Positions 29,220 to 40,347 of a stretch of 64,000 bases of DNA are shown here, in pieces. The notes below the pieces were generated by a model. The model saw only the letters and a list, made by a program, of their open reading frames with translations, searched no databases and was not told the DNA's origin. Numbering within the stretch: position 1 is the stretch's first letter; each line of letters opens with the position of its first letter. Location of the stretch: IMG/VR virus record IMGVR_UViG_3300023109_001684. The stretch is one strand, 5' to 3'. This DNA comes from a virus. The translations under genes and the position numbers were made by a program.

Positions 29220-32200
29220 TTACTGCGTGGTGTCGTTAAATGTTTTTAACACTAGCATTTGACTTAAAAATGTTCCTTGGACCCTAGGTAAATTACCAAA
29301 TGCATCTACACCTGAGAAGTCTACCGGAACATTTATTTGTAATGTTTCATCGTTATTCATATTAAATTCGTTTGCTTCGCCGCCAATAATAACTTGACCA
29401 GCAACTAATCTATTTGTTTCAAGATCCTCGCCACCTACAGATAATCTGTCTGCGAGGAATGTTGCAATTGCACGTTGTGTTGGAACAACGTTATTACTAT
29501 CTTCTGACATAGTCGGGTCAGTAGAAAAATCTCTAACTGCTGCGCCCGAACCACCTAGTCTAACTCCGCCTAGTGATAGTTCTGAAAGCCCGTCTAAGTC
29601 AAAAAACTCAGCACTAATAGTAACAATACCTGTACTCTGTTGCACACTAAATAATTCACCAGTTCTAAAGTTACCGTCTTGGTCTGTACTTGTATAAAAT
29701 ACTCTACCGCCGTTTGTTTCATATACTTCATTTTCAGGTGCTGCAACAAAATAATTTCCGTCTGCATATAGTTCTGGATAATTTGATTGAATGAAGTTTC
29801 CTGTACCAATATCTAGGAAATCGTGCCCAGTAATTCGTGCTTGACTGTATAGTGATCTTAATTCAACACCTGTAGCGTGAGCAAGATTGTCTTCATTATC
29901 TATAGATGGTGAAATTTGCATTTGAACTAATCTAGTTGCATTACCAGTTCCGTCATCTCCTAAGTCTGTTATCTTAACACCGTTAAATAATTTTAAATCA
30001 CTAGGATCTTCAGTAAGAGGATCAAGAATAGTATTAATTCTTATTTGAACACCTGGACCTGGAACTGTATCAACACCAGCAAGTGTTATTGTATTAGCTT
30101 CTGGTATAATATCAGCATAACCGTCACCAGTTAAAGTAACTACTGTAGAATTTGATCTGTATCCCGAACCTCTACTCTTAAAGCTAGGTTGAGCTATTGT
30201 TCCATTACCTATTCTTTTTTCTAGTTCGACCTCTGTTACAAACTGTGTGTCTGTTACAGTAATTGTCATATTATCAGGATTAGGTGAATATCCACTACCC
30301 GGATCCCATATCTTTACACGTTGGAATATTCCAGTAAAAGTATCTGATCTAAGTTTTGCTCGCTTACCTGTTTTAATATTTGCAACTCCGCCTAATGTTA
30401 CACCGTCAGCTAGTAACACCCATTTTGGATCACCGTCAAGTGACGCAAATGATAACGTTTTCCACGCCTGAGACGATGCTAAATTATTTTGTCTCCATAC
30501 CAGCCCATCTTCAGTAGTAGCATTTAAACTTGTTGGAGTTCCGCCATCAGTACTGATTACCATAAACACACCTTGAGCATATTTACAATCTACATATGAT
30601 AAACTAGATCCGCCATTTTGCGGAACATTTTCACCTTGAATAAAAGTTTCGCCTTTATCAACACTATACATAACTGATCCGTCTGATCTAATTATTATAA
30701 ATCTATTATCTCCGTAAACTAAACTTACAATAGTCGGTGCACCGCCTAGTGGTAAAGCAGTACGTGATGTCCAAGTGTTCCCGTTATTATCTGAAGTTAT
30801 AACAGCACCTGATTCAGCGATACAAACATATCTTCCTTGACCATATGCAACTTTAGTGTAAGTGTCTGCTGCTACTGTAGAACTTGAACTCCATGTTAAA
30901 CCGTCAGTACTGTATGCAAATTCTGTTGCTCCGTTTGCAACTACTACAAATCCTGTCGGACTTGCTGCTGCATCTGACCAGTCTTCTGTTGCTGGTAATG
31001 CTCTTGTAGTCCAGTTTTCGCCTGTATAAGAAAAGTTATATTGATTAGTTCCTGATGCTATTGCTATAAATCTATTTTTGTTAGCAAGTACTTTAATCCA
31101 AGTTGCTGTTATATCAAGATTAGATTCTTGCCAAGTAGTACCAGTATCACTGTATACAACAAAGTTTGGATCTGCTAATGCTACAAATCTTCCGCCTCTA
31201 CCTGTACCTGATGATTTAATAGTAGCAATACTATTTGTACTATCATCTGATGTAGTTAATACATCAATTATAAGATCATTGTCAGGAGTTGCACCTCCTA
31301 GTAAATCACCTCTGATAGTTAATCTATCATTCTCAGCATATCCAGCACCGGCATTGTTTATAGATACAACGTAGTCACTGCCTCTTCTTGAAACATTAAA
31401 TATTGCTTCAATTTGCGGTAATCCAAATGTTTCGCCAGTTCCTAAGCCGCCTGTTAACCCTCCGTAAGTATTTGTTATTCCACCAAAGTCAACGTCAATA
31501 AATGTTCTTTCTGCTGGTAAATTTTGTACAGTAGAAGTAAACCCTGGATGACTAACTGCCATTCTCGGTTCTATTCTATATCTAGCAGTTGAATCAAATG
31601 CTGCTACTAGAGGTGTACCAGGAATTAAATGATCCCACCCTGGCTGATCGTCAGATTCTCTTGATACAGTAACTTGTCTAGTTACTGCACTGTATCCAGA
31701 TATATAACCGTATTGTCCGTATCCAGTGCCTTGAATAACTAGTATTCTCATGCCTGCAACATCTTCATAAAATTGTGTTGCATCACTTGTACTTAATTTT
31801 AAGTATTGGCTTGCATCTAAAGTTTCTTGGGCGTTACCTTGTCTTACTAGATAATTTGTACCGCCTTCGCTTCCTGATCCTTTAGTGTTTATAAGTCTAA
31901 CATTATATAATGAGCCATCTCTAAAGTCATCAAATTCTACATTAACGCCAGCGCCGGCACCTGTAATTGTAGCCGATGCTGATTTATAGTTCTCGCCACA
32001 ATGCTCGTATTCAAACAATGCTATACTATCTACTGTTCCACCGGAATCAGCAGTGTCTACAAAAGCTTGATTATTTCTATTCCATATTGTTGCTGTATCA
32101 GGTATTTCTGTTGGATCGTTTCCGTCTGCAATTGACCCGTAATCACCATAAGAGTTGTTGCCGTTTGTAGCACGTATAATTCCGCCGTCTTCAGCAAAAT

Positions 32201-34691
32201 ATCCTACAGCACAATAATATGTAAACACAGAAACAAGTTCTGCTCTGCCCCCATTGGTTATCCAAGCGCCAATACCGTCACTTAGTACTTGGGTAAAATC
32301 GTTTGATGTCATAGACTTGTTGCCGCCGTTATGTAGGCTGCCGTCTACTTTTTTACCTACACAAGAACTGCCAATATTTGTTACGCCTTGGATATAAGGT
32401 GATCTATTATTAATCCATACACGACTATCATCTGGTCCCCAACCTGGATCTAATGCAACAAATGCACCACCTGTTGGACGTTGGTATAAGTCAAATACAC
32501 CTGGAGGATTAAGCGTTCCGACTAATCCTTTTAATGTACATTGTCTAATTCCTGTAGTATCTCTTACCCAAAATAGATCATCGTTTTGTGATCCGTTGGC
32601 AGCATTTATATATCGTCTCGATGCAAGTAAAGTTGCATAGTTTCCGCTATATTTCAAATCTCTTGCAAGGCCTCTAAATATAGAATTTACATCTTCGTAC
32701 ACTGTGTCTTTGTCTACAGTAAACCCTTCTTGTAGTAAGAACGCATAAATTTGTCCACTAATAAAAATAATGTTTTGGCTAATATTTTCGCCACCATTAA
32801 CAAAATTAGTGTCTGCGTTTAATGTATTAGATCCGGTCATTACTGGACTAATTTCTCCAGTAAACACGTTAAATTCTACATTATTTTTATAGTCTGTAAA
32901 TAATTCAACACATCGTTGTGCTACGTCTTCCGAACCAAAAGGACCATTTAAAACTTGTGTTTCGGTATTACCTGTTAATGGTGTGATTGGAACATTTAAT
33001 AATAAGTCAAGAATAAATGTTTCAGTAAATGTTAAATAATCTTGTACTTGGTTATAATTATCGTAGTAATCTTGTTTCCTAGGGTTTGCAACAATTGTAG
33101 TAGATCTTAATTCGTCTCCCATTATTGCACAACCTGCTGGAACTGTTATTGGACCAATTTCTTCGTAATAGCCTGTTGCTATTGATATTTTTACTGGATT
33201 GCCAGCTATAAAATTATCTTCAACAAATTCGGATGCATACTTAACTGTTTTAAATGGGCGCAAAGGAGTTCTACCGTAACCTGGTCTGTTTATTCCTTCG
33301 TTACTAACATATATAACATCGCTATCAGTTAAAAAGTTTCTCCAAAATAAATCTAAATCAGTAGTAACAGATAATGCTTGTCCTACTTCGTCGCCTAGTT
33401 TTAATCTAGTGTCTCCTACAGTACTACCGTCATCAGCACCTGTTCGTGATAACCCAAAAGTAAGCAAGTCGCCTTTGTCGTGTAATCCGCCTGGCTGTCC
33501 TGCTTGTACAAGTATATCCCAATAATCGTAGCCGCTTCCGTTATCGCCTGGAAAGTTTTCAGCAGTTGCTTGGTGTTCAAAATTACAAAAGTATGCAGTA
33601 CCTAGATGATATACTATTTCACCAACTGCATAATATCCTGTAGTACTCCATGGACCAACAAACTTTTTACCTGGTATAATTAGTTCGTATATTTCTGGGT
33701 CTTGCCAAACCAACGTACTATCGTCGCCGTCGTTAATATTAACATCTCTTAGAATTTGGTATAGATAGCCGCCTCGTACAACAATGTCACCTGTTTTGTA
33801 AGGAGATGTTATATCCCAGTCGCCTCTAAAATTATATGTTTTTGCAAGTACAATCCAATCTTGGGTACTGTCGCCACCTGATGTATAACCAGCTGTTACT
33901 CTGCTAGGGTCGCTATCGATATTGTTTGCAACGGCGTAGTACACATGTCCGCCATATCTAACAATATCACCTAAATTATATGCAGTTAAACTTGACCATT
34001 CACCGTCAAACTGTGTACCAGGAAATTCTAATGTAAACTTTGTATCATCAAGTTGCACAACACCCGAAGTATGAGTTTCTGTACAACGGAACACAGAAGC
34101 ACCATATCTTACAATATCATTTTTTCTATAAACGGTTTCAGTTATCCAAGAATTTCTATATTCGTCACCTACATGAAATTCTAACCAATCTGTTTGGTTG
34201 TCTTCTAAAGTAGCACTACCAATATGTGCTACTAGACATTTGTAAACATATCCGTTATACTTTACAAGAGCACCGTGTGCATATGTAGTATTAGGTGTCC
34301 AGTTAGAAACAAAACTAATGCTTTTAGTAAATACTTCCCAGTTTGCAATTTCAGTTGCAAAACTTTGCCCGTTATGTGCTTCAATACAAAGCCAAACAGT
34401 ACCGCCATTTAAAACAAGATCGCCCTTGTTATAATTTGTAGCAGTTACCCATTCGCCGATAAAACTTTTACTTACAGTCATTACGATCCATCTTGGATCT
34501 GGTTGCGGCGGAACACTATTAGGTATTGTAGCATTTAAGTCACTGCCAAAATCACCTGATGATGTGTGACCTTTAATACACACATACGATCTACCGTTTA
34601 TCCTTGCAATATCGTCTCGTTTATAATCTGAACTTGGAGCCCAATCTCCCTTCCAGTTATACTTAAATCTATCAATTTTAAATTCTGCCAT
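29220..34691 (-). CDS. Giant (1823 aa) virion protein, paralogue of 20463..29186
   Basis: Shares the MAEFK..R start, SNDFTQV.SDGIGA, RATNGNNSYG and TGHDFLDIGTGNF blocks. Confidence 0.85.
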   Translation of the reverse strand: MAEFKIDRFKYNWKGDWAPSSDYKRDDIARINGRSYVCIKGHTSSGDFGSDLNATIPNSVPPQPDPRWIVMTVSKSFIGEWVTATNYNKGDLVLNGGTVWLCIEAHNGQSFATEIANWEVFTKSISFVSNWTPNTTYAHGALVKYNGYVYKCLVAHIGSATLEDNQTDWLEFHVGDEYRNSWITETVYRKNDIVRYGASVFRCTETHTSGVVQLDDTKFTLEFPGTQFDGEWSSLTAYNLGDIVRYGGHVYYAVANNIDSDPSRVTAGYTSGGDSTQDWIVLAKTYNFRGDWDITSPYKTGDIVVRGGYLYQILRDVNINDGDDSTLVWQDPEIYELIIPGKKFVGPWSTTGYYAVGEIVYHLGTAYFCNFEHQATAENFPGDNGSGYDYWDILVQAGQPGGLHDKGDLLTFGLSRTGADDGSTVGDTRLKLGDEVGQALSVTTDLDLFWRNFLTDSDVIYVSNEGINRPGYGRTPLRPFKTVKYASEFVEDNFIAGNPVKISIATGYYEEIGPITVPAGCAIMGDELRSTTIVANPRKQDYYDNYNQVQDYLTFTETFILDLLLNVPITPLTGNTETQVLNGPFGSEDVAQRCVELFTDYKNNVEFNVFTGEISPVMTGSNTLNADTNFVNGGENISQNIIFISGQIYAFLLQEGFTVDKDTVYEDVNSIFRGLARDLKYSGNYATLLASRRYINAANGSQNDDLFWVRDTTGIRQCTLKGLVGTLNPPGVFDLYQRPTGGAFVALDPGWGPDDSRVWINNRSPYIQGVTNIGSSCVGKKVDGSLHNGGNKSMTSNDFTQVLSDGIGAWITNGGRAELVSVFTYYCAVGYFAEDGGIIRATNGNNSYGDYGSIADGNDPTEIPDTATIWNRNNQAFVDTADSGGTVDSIALFEYEHCGENYKSASATITGAGAGVNVEFDDFRDGSLYNVRLINTKGSGSEGGTNYLVRQGNAQETLDASQYLKLSTSDATQFYEDVAGMRILVIQGTGYGQYGYISGYSAVTRQVTVSRESDDQPGWDHLIPGTPLVAAFDSTARYRIEPRMAVSHPGFTSTVQNLPAERTFIDVDFGGITNTYGGLTGGLGTGETFGLPQIEAIFNVSRRGSDYVVSINNAGAGYAENDRLTIRGDLLGGATPDNDLIIDVLTTSDDSTNSIATIKSSGTGRGGRFVALADPNFVVYSDTGTTWQESNLDITATWIKVLANKNRFIAIASGTNQYNFSYTGENWTTRALPATEDWSDAAASPTGFVVVANGATEFAYSTDGLTWSSSSTVAADTYTKVAYGQGRYVCIAESGAVITSDNNGNTWTSRTALPLGGAPTIVSLVYGDNRFIIIRSDGSVMYSVDKGETFIQGENVPQNGGSSLSYVDCKYAQGVFMVISTDGGTPTSLNATTEDGLVWRQNNLASSQAWKTLSFASLDGDPKWVLLADGVTLGGVANIKTGKRAKLRSDTFTGIFQRVKIWDPGSGYSPNPDNMTITVTDTQFVTEVELEKRIGNGTIAQPSFKSRGSGYRSNSTVVTLTGDGYADIIPEANTITLAGVDTVPGPGVQIRINTILDPLTEDPSDLKLFNGVKITDLGDDGTGNATRLVQMQISPSIDNEDNLAHATGVELRSLYSQARITGHDFLDIGTGNFIQSNYPELYADGNYFVAAPENEVYETNGGRVFYTSTDQDGNFRTGELFSVQQSTGIVTISAEFFDLDGLSELSLGGVRLGGSGAAVRDFSTDPTMSEDSNNVVPTQRAIATFLADRLSVGGEDLETNRLVAGQVIIGGEANEFNMNNDETLQINVPVDFSGVDAFGNLPRVQGTFLSQMLVLKTFNDTTQ

Positions 34692-34702
34692 TGGTCAAAC
34701 CT

Positions 34703-35134
34703 TTAATAATCTGTTGTACTGTTTGAAGTAATTACTTCGCTATCTTTGCCTTCGCCATAACCAGGCGAACTTATATTTTGTGGGAAATCATACCCTTCGG
34801 AAATACGTTGAACAAGAAATCCTGTATCTTGTTCTATGTAATATATTAAGCTTCTACCGTCCCATTTAAGTTGTGGATAACGTAAGTTTGGATATACAAC
34901 TGCACCATCTGTACCTACACCGTCTAAGAAATCAATACCTTCTTCAAAGTCTGGAAAGTTTTCTTCTTCAATACCTAAATCGTTAATAACAACAACATTT
35001 TCGTCGCCGCCTTGTAATTGGTCAACTCTAACTAAAAACAATTCGCCATCATCATTTCTACGTAAACCGTAAAAATATCTTTTGATAAATCCGTTTGCTA
35101 CTTGTTCTGGTGTATTCCCTATAAAATGACTCAT
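34703..35134 (-). CDS. Hypothetical protein (probably structural)
   Basis: Coupled ORF within the fibre operon. Confidence 0.65.
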   Translation of the reverse strand: MSHFIGNTPEQVANGFIKRYFYGLRRNDDGELFLVRVDQLQGGDENVVVINDLGIEEENFPDFEEGIDFLDGVGTDGAVVYPNLRYPQLKWDGRSLIYYIEQDTGFLVQRISEGYDFPQNISSPGYGEGKDSEVITSNSTTDY

Positions 35135-35463
35135 TATACAATCTCCGCAAAGCTGACGATAACGTCTACGCTATCGCTTACACTTGATTTTACTTGTAAT
35201 TTATTACTAGGTGCAAGTATCAATTTTTCACCTGTTGCTACTACACGTAGACTTGTGTTTGCAGGCAATAATGTTTCTTTCAAATAGTATCCAGTTACAC
35301 TACTGTCATCTTGCACTAGTACATCTACATAAACAAAACTTGTTGTTAAGTTTGTAATACTCATGCCAATTACCGTTGCTCGCTGTGTAACATCTGTTTC
35401 AAATATATCTACAGGTAAAACACCTATGTTTTTTATTACTTTGTTTTTTAAAATTGCTGCCAT
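35134..35463 (-). CDS. Small virion protein (paralogue family)
   Basis: ATVIGMSITN...LPANTSL...EKLIL; similar to 20130..20450 and 45504..45884. Confidence 0.65.
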   Translation of the reverse strand: MAAILKNKVIKNIGVLPVDIFETDVTQRATVIGMSITNLTTSFVYVDVLVQDDSSVTGYYLKETLLPANTSLRVVATGEKLILAPSNKLQVKSSVSDSVDVIVSFAEIV

Positions 35464-35467
35464 GTTA

Positions 35468-38400
35468 TTATCCGAATATTAATACCTTTTCAATTGCAAG
35501 ATCCTCTGCGTCTGCTGGAGTTAGACCCCCTTGCGAACCTGCGACACTTACCCAGTTAACACCATCAAATACTTCAACCCTTTGGTCTTCAGTGTTAAAA
35601 CGAGTCATGCCTATTTCTCTATAACCAACGCCGGGTCTCTGAGGACTTGTACCTACCGGTAAAACTAATCCAAATGTTCCGTCAAATTTGACATAACCAT
35701 TATTAGTATTTTGGAATAATGTAATACTATCAGAAACTGTGTTTGTAATAGTATTATTTTTTATTCCAAAATTTTCAAATCTTACCGAACCAGTACCTTG
35801 GGCTGTTAATAATAAATCTGTATCTGCACTACTACTTATCTCATTGTTGTCTATGGTAATATTATCTACGGTTAATTTATTAACATTTAATCTATCTGAA
35901 TCTAAGTCAGCAACTAAAACATTTTGACTGTAAAAACGTATTACTCCGTCATTATCACCTTCGTTTAGTTCTGCAGTAATTTTAGTATCACCGTCTAAAT
36001 CTTCAACGCCTTGTAGTATTACCCAATTAGATCCATTGTATCCTTCATATCTCTGTAAAGAAGTATTGTATCTAATTTGTCCAGCTGCTAGTACTGCTGG
36101 TCTAGTACCTGTAGAACCTACTGGTATATTCAACGCACCAGTGGAATCAATTATTACATGTTCAGAACCAGGATCTAATATAATGTCATTAGTTGATGTT
36201 ATTGTACTATCAAATATTTCAAAATTATCTATTACTACATTACCAGTGCCACTTGTTTTTAGTTCTAAATTACTGTTTGAATTTGTTGTAGTAATATAAT
36301 TACTATCAATTAAAATATCACCTGTAGTAAATCTATTTGCAGTAATAGTCCCAGATGCATCAATATCTTCTACAAATAATGTGCTAACAATATTTAGATC
36401 GTTATTAATAACAACATTATTATTTGGTATTTCAATGACGCCTGTACCATTTGCACGTAAGTCTAAATTACTATTTGAAAGAGTAGTTTCTAAAACATTC
36501 CCTGCAATACGTATATTTTCAAATTGCATTGCACTAGTAATATTAACACCGCCGGAAACTGTAAGATTGCCTGTTAAATTATAATCGCCAGTCTGTGAAG
36601 TATTACCTACGTGTGTAGTTGTTCCTGTAATAGTTGTGTCTTGTAAATTAGTATCACCGTTTACAGTTAAGTTTTGTTCTAGTATAACATTATTACTAGG
36701 TACTACAACTTCACCAGTGCCATTAGCACGTAATTCTAAATCACTGTCTGTTTGAGTAGTAGTGATAAAGTTATCGTCAATTAATACATCGCCAGTAGTA
36801 AATTGATCAGATGTAACAACACCACTATTTACAATAGTTGTTGTTGTAAGTTGACCTGTAATTTGTGTGTTATTATTAACTACAAGATTATTACTAGGAA
36901 TAAGAATGTCGCCAGTGCCATTAGCACGTAATTCTAAATCAGCATTTGATGTAGTTGTAGTAATAAAGTTGTCGTCGATTAATATTTCTTCAAACTGCGC
37001 TGTGCCTGTAACATCTAAATTATTACCTACATTAACATTATTGTTAACAGTATATTCACCTGCTTGTGTAATGTCACCTGTAATTGCAACGTTACCAGTT
37101 AATGTTGTGTCGCCAAGTGTAGCATCGCCACTAACAAATAAGTTATTAGTAATTCTAACATCGTTATTAGGAATTAGTATATTACCAGTGCCGCTTGCAC
37201 GTAGTTCTAAATCTGAATTACTTTCAGTTGTAGTAATAAAATTATCTTCAATTAATATATTACCGTTAGTAAATTCTCCTAGTAATGTTAAATTACCAGT
37301 TTGTGTTGTATTACCAATTTGAATAACACTTCCGTTAATTGTAACATCATCTAAATCAGTACTACCGTTTACAGTTAAACTTTGTGATATTGTTGTGTCA
37401 TTATTAATAATAACACTACCTGTACCGCTTGTGCCTAATTCTAAATCACTATTAGAAAGTGTTGTTGTTATTGTATTACCGAGGATTTGTATATCATCTG
37501 ATTGGAATACTGTAGCATTTATTGTTTGTGATGCAGTAATGTTGTCAGCTGTAATATCACCGGTTACGTCTAAATTATTTGTAATTTCTACATCGTTGTT
37601 AGGTATTAAAACTTTTCCTGTGCCTGCTGCACGTAATTCTAAATCAGTGTTTGACGTAGTTGTAGTAATAAAGTTATCGTCAATTAATATTTCTTCAAAC
37701 TGTGCAGATCCTGTAACATCTACATCTTGTGTAACTGTTAAGTTGCCAGTAATACCTAAGTTACCAGTTTGTGTTGTATCGCCAACATGAGTAACTGTAC
37801 CTGAAATAGTAGTACCTTGTAAGTTAGTTGAGCCGCTTACAGTTAAGTCATTATCAATTTGTACATTATTATTAGGAATTAATATTTTGCCAGTGCCATT
37901 AGCACGTAACTCTAAATCAGCATTTGACGTAGTTGTAGTAATGAAGTTATCTTGTATCTCAATGTCGTCAATATTAGCTTGATCTACATATAAATTTCTC
38001 CAGCGTAAAGACGCAGTTCCTAATTTATACTGACTAGTTTCACTAGGAATCATGTCACTGTCAATGCCTGCAACAAATTGGATAGTATCGCTTGCTTCGT
38101 CACCGATTGTAATATTACCGCCTATTGTAACATTACCTGTGACATCTAAATTACCTGTTACATTTACATTATCTTGTAGATTTATTGTTCCGCTGTTTGC
38201 GTCAATATTTACATCACCGGCTAGTGTTTCTATAGTATTTCCACTAAGTCGATAATTGCCTATTTCAATTTTTTCACCATTTACAAAACTTGTATTTCCG
38301 TTTGTATTAAACGTTACACCGTCAGTAATATCAATGTTTAGACTGTTAAGTGCAAAGTTAACTGTACCGCTTTGTTGGTCTACAAAGAATAAATCGCCTA

Positions 38401-40201
38401 CTCTAAAGTCGCCGTCGTGGTCAACAGAGTTATATCTAATTTTAGAATCATTTAATTCTATTATTTCATTTGCTTGTATAACTGTGCCTGGATCATTAGT
38501 AACTTCTTTACCGTTACCAATGTATGCAAGATTGTGTCCAATAGCATAAACTAATACGCCTGGTCCGTCTCCTACTAATCCTTGATTACCGTAAACACTA
38601 GCTGAACCAATCATTCTAATTTCAGCACCAAAGTCTCTTACATCAAGATTTTCAATTGTTGTAGCAGTGCCGCTGCCGCTAAATGCAATAGTTGCTGGTG
38701 TAGTATCAAATCCAATTAGTCCAGTAACTTTACTATCTATAACAAGTATGTCACCACCTTCGACACTTTCAATTGTTAAAGGACCAACAACAGTTGAACT
38801 ATCAGTTGATGTAAATGTTACAGTTTGTGCTGCTGCTGGCGCAGTTCCAGATAAGCCACTTAATCTAATACGTGTTTTACCGTCGTTGTATTTTCCTGCT
38901 GTGCCGTCTAAGGCGTATACACCTTTATCAGCAAAGTATGAAAAAGAATTTAACCATTCTACTCTAACACCATTTGTTGCTACAAGTGCGTTAACATTCG
39001 GTGTAATAAACGTTACTGCGTGGAATAGACATGCTGCTTCTTTTGAGCTTGCGTTAACAACACTACCATCTAAGTATGCACCTGCACCTGCATCGCCTTG
39101 ATTAAAGCCTCTAGGATCTTCAGCTGTTAATACACTACCTTTTGTAATAACCGTTACGTTTCTTATGTATGGACTTCTGCTTGAAACAAGCATATTGTTT
39201 GCATATTTAAATGCATAGCCTGGGCTATAAAAATCTTTTATTGTTACATCTTCAACAGTTGTTTCACCGTTAAGTAAAAATGCATCATTTGTATTTGTAC
39301 CAGATGTAGGTGTAATTGTAACACTTCTTAATGAGTGACCCTTTACTGTTACTCCTACTGGAACAGTAAGTGGAAATATCTCTTCGTATGTTCCAGGGTA
39401 TAGATAAACTGTATCGCCGGCACTTGCAATACTAACTGCATAAGCTAGTGTTGCTACAGGGTCATTAGGGTGTGTACCAGTGTTTGTATCGTCACCGTTA
39501 GTAGATACATAGTATAAGTTACCTGGACGTAATCCAAGGTCAACACCGCCTACGTCTAAGTCTTGTGTGTCGATATTATCAACAACAAAACTGTTTACAT
39601 AGATGTTATCCCAACGCTTTGTAGGAGTACCTAGTGTATAAGTGTCAGTTGTGTCTGGTATAATGTGTGATGCTACGTCTGCATCAAAAGTTAGTGAATC
39701 TGTGTCTGCATCACCAAGTGTAATATTGCCGCCAATTGTAACATTACCACTTACGTCAACATCGCCGTTAACTTGTAAATCTGAATAAACTTCAACTTGA
39801 CCTGTGCCGTTTGGACGTAATTCAATGTTTGCGTTTGACTCATTAGTTTCAATAACATTGTCATAAAGTGATAGACTCTGAATGTCTAGTTGCCTTTGAT
39901 ATACAACTGTATCAGTACCTGTAGTTAATAAATTTAATGTGTTTGCACTAGAAATAGTATTGCCAGTAATAGTAATATCAGCAATATCTGCTTGTGTATC
40001 AACAAGTAAATTATTAGTTCGGGTTGTACCATTAATATGTAATTCGTGTGACGGAGTAACAGTTTTAATACCAATCTTATGATTAGCTGGATTACCGTTA
40101 GATACATCTAGGTATAAAAGATCCGTCTCAAAAGCTAAATCAATTCCATTACGAATTAAATTTGACTTTAAAAGCGGACCGGATATGCGACCAACAGCCA
40201 T
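35468..40201 (-). CDS. Large repetitive virion fibre/baseplate protein (1577 aa)
   Basis: Repeated ILIDDNFITTTTSNADLELRANGTG units and a beta-helix-like domain (YYVSTNGDD...GDTVYLYPGTYEE). Confidence 0.85.
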   Translation of the reverse strand: MAVGRISGPLLKSNLIRNGIDLAFETDLLYLDVSNGNPANHKIGIKTVTPSHELHINGTTRTNNLLVDTQADIADITITGNTISSANTLNLLTTGTDTVVYQRQLDIQSLSLYDNVIETNESNANIELRPNGTGQVEVYSDLQVNGDVDVSGNVTIGGNITLGDADTDSLTFDADVASHIIPDTTDTYTLGTPTKRWDNIYVNSFVVDNIDTQDLDVGGVDLGLRPGNLYYVSTNGDDTNTGTHPNDPVATLAYAVSIASAGDTVYLYPGTYEEIFPLTVPVGVTVKGHSLRSVTITPTSGTNTNDAFLLNGETTVEDVTIKDFYSPGYAFKYANNMLVSSRSPYIRNVTVITKGSVLTAEDPRGFNQGDAGAGAYLDGSVVNASSKEAACLFHAVTFITPNVNALVATNGVRVEWLNSFSYFADKGVYALDGTAGKYNDGKTRIRLSGLSGTAPAAAQTVTFTSTDSSTVVGPLTIESVEGGDILVIDSKVTGLIGFDTTPATIAFSGSGTATTIENLDVRDFGAEIRMIGSASVYGNQGLVGDGPGVLVYAIGHNLAYIGNGKEVTNDPGTVIQANEIIELNDSKIRYNSVDHDGDFRVGDLFFVDQQSGTVNFALNSLNIDITDGVTFNTNGNTSFVNGEKIEIGNYRLSGNTIETLAGDVNIDANSGTINLQDNVNVTGNLDVTGNVTIGGNITIGDEASDTIQFVAGIDSDMIPSETSQYKLGTASLRWRNLYVDQANIDDIEIQDNFITTTTSNADLELRANGTGKILIPNNNVQIDNDLTVSGSTNLQGTTISGTVTHVGDTTQTGNLGITGNLTVTQDVDVTGSAQFEEILIDDNFITTTTSNTDLELRAAGTGKVLIPNNDVEITNNLDVTGDITADNITASQTINATVFQSDDIQILGNTITTTLSNSDLELGTSGTGSVIINNDTTISQSLTVNGSTDLDDVTINGSVIQIGNTTQTGNLTLLGEFTNGNILIEDNFITTTESNSDLELRASGTGNILIPNNDVRITNNLFVSGDATLGDTTLTGNVAITGDITQAGEYTVNNNVNVGNNLDVTGTAQFEEILIDDNFITTTTSNADLELRANGTGDILIPSNNLVVNNNTQITGQLTTTTIVNSGVVTSDQFTTGDVLIDDNFITTTQTDSDLELRANGTGEVVVPSNNVILEQNLTVNGDTNLQDTTITGTTTHVGNTSQTGDYNLTGNLTVSGGVNITSAMQFENIRIAGNVLETTLSNSNLDLRANGTGVIEIPNNNVVINNDLNIVSTLFVEDIDASGTITANRFTTGDILIDSNYITTTNSNSNLELKTSGTGNVVIDNFEIFDSTITSTNDIILDPGSEHVIIDSTGALNIPVGSTGTRPAVLAAGQIRYNTSLQRYEGYNGSNWVILQGVEDLDGDTKITAELNEGDNDGVIRFYSQNVLVADLDSDRLNVNKLTVDNITIDNNEISSSADTDLLLTAQGTGSVRFENFGIKNNTITNTVSDSITLFQNTNNGYVKFDGTFGLVLPVGTSPQRPGVGYREIGMTRFNTEDQRVEVFDGVNWVSVAGSQGGLTPADAEDLAIEKVLIFG

Positions 40202-40312
40202 CTCTTCTCCTTAACACGGGGATCCTGTCCCTCTAGCCTAAGTTTTCAGCTTTCGCTCTTTGCTGGCTAACCACAGTTTGACCCTGCAACATTAATGGTC
40301 GTATGCTGCATT
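40202..40312 (-). ncRNA. Structured 5' leader (candidate cis-regulatory RNA) of the 1577-aa gene
   Basis: About 110-nt GC-enriched leader between late box TAAATA (40318-40323) and the RBS, with several stems, a GAAA tetraloop and a possible pseudoknot. Confidence 0.55.
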
Positions 40313-40347
40313 AATAGTATTTATCGTATGTAGGAAATAAGTGGTGA

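Noticed and set aside
40202-40312. Known riboswitch (c-di-GMP, SAM-II/V, preQ1) in the fibre leader
   Set aside because: I could not find the conserved ligand-binding nucleotides of these families by eye.
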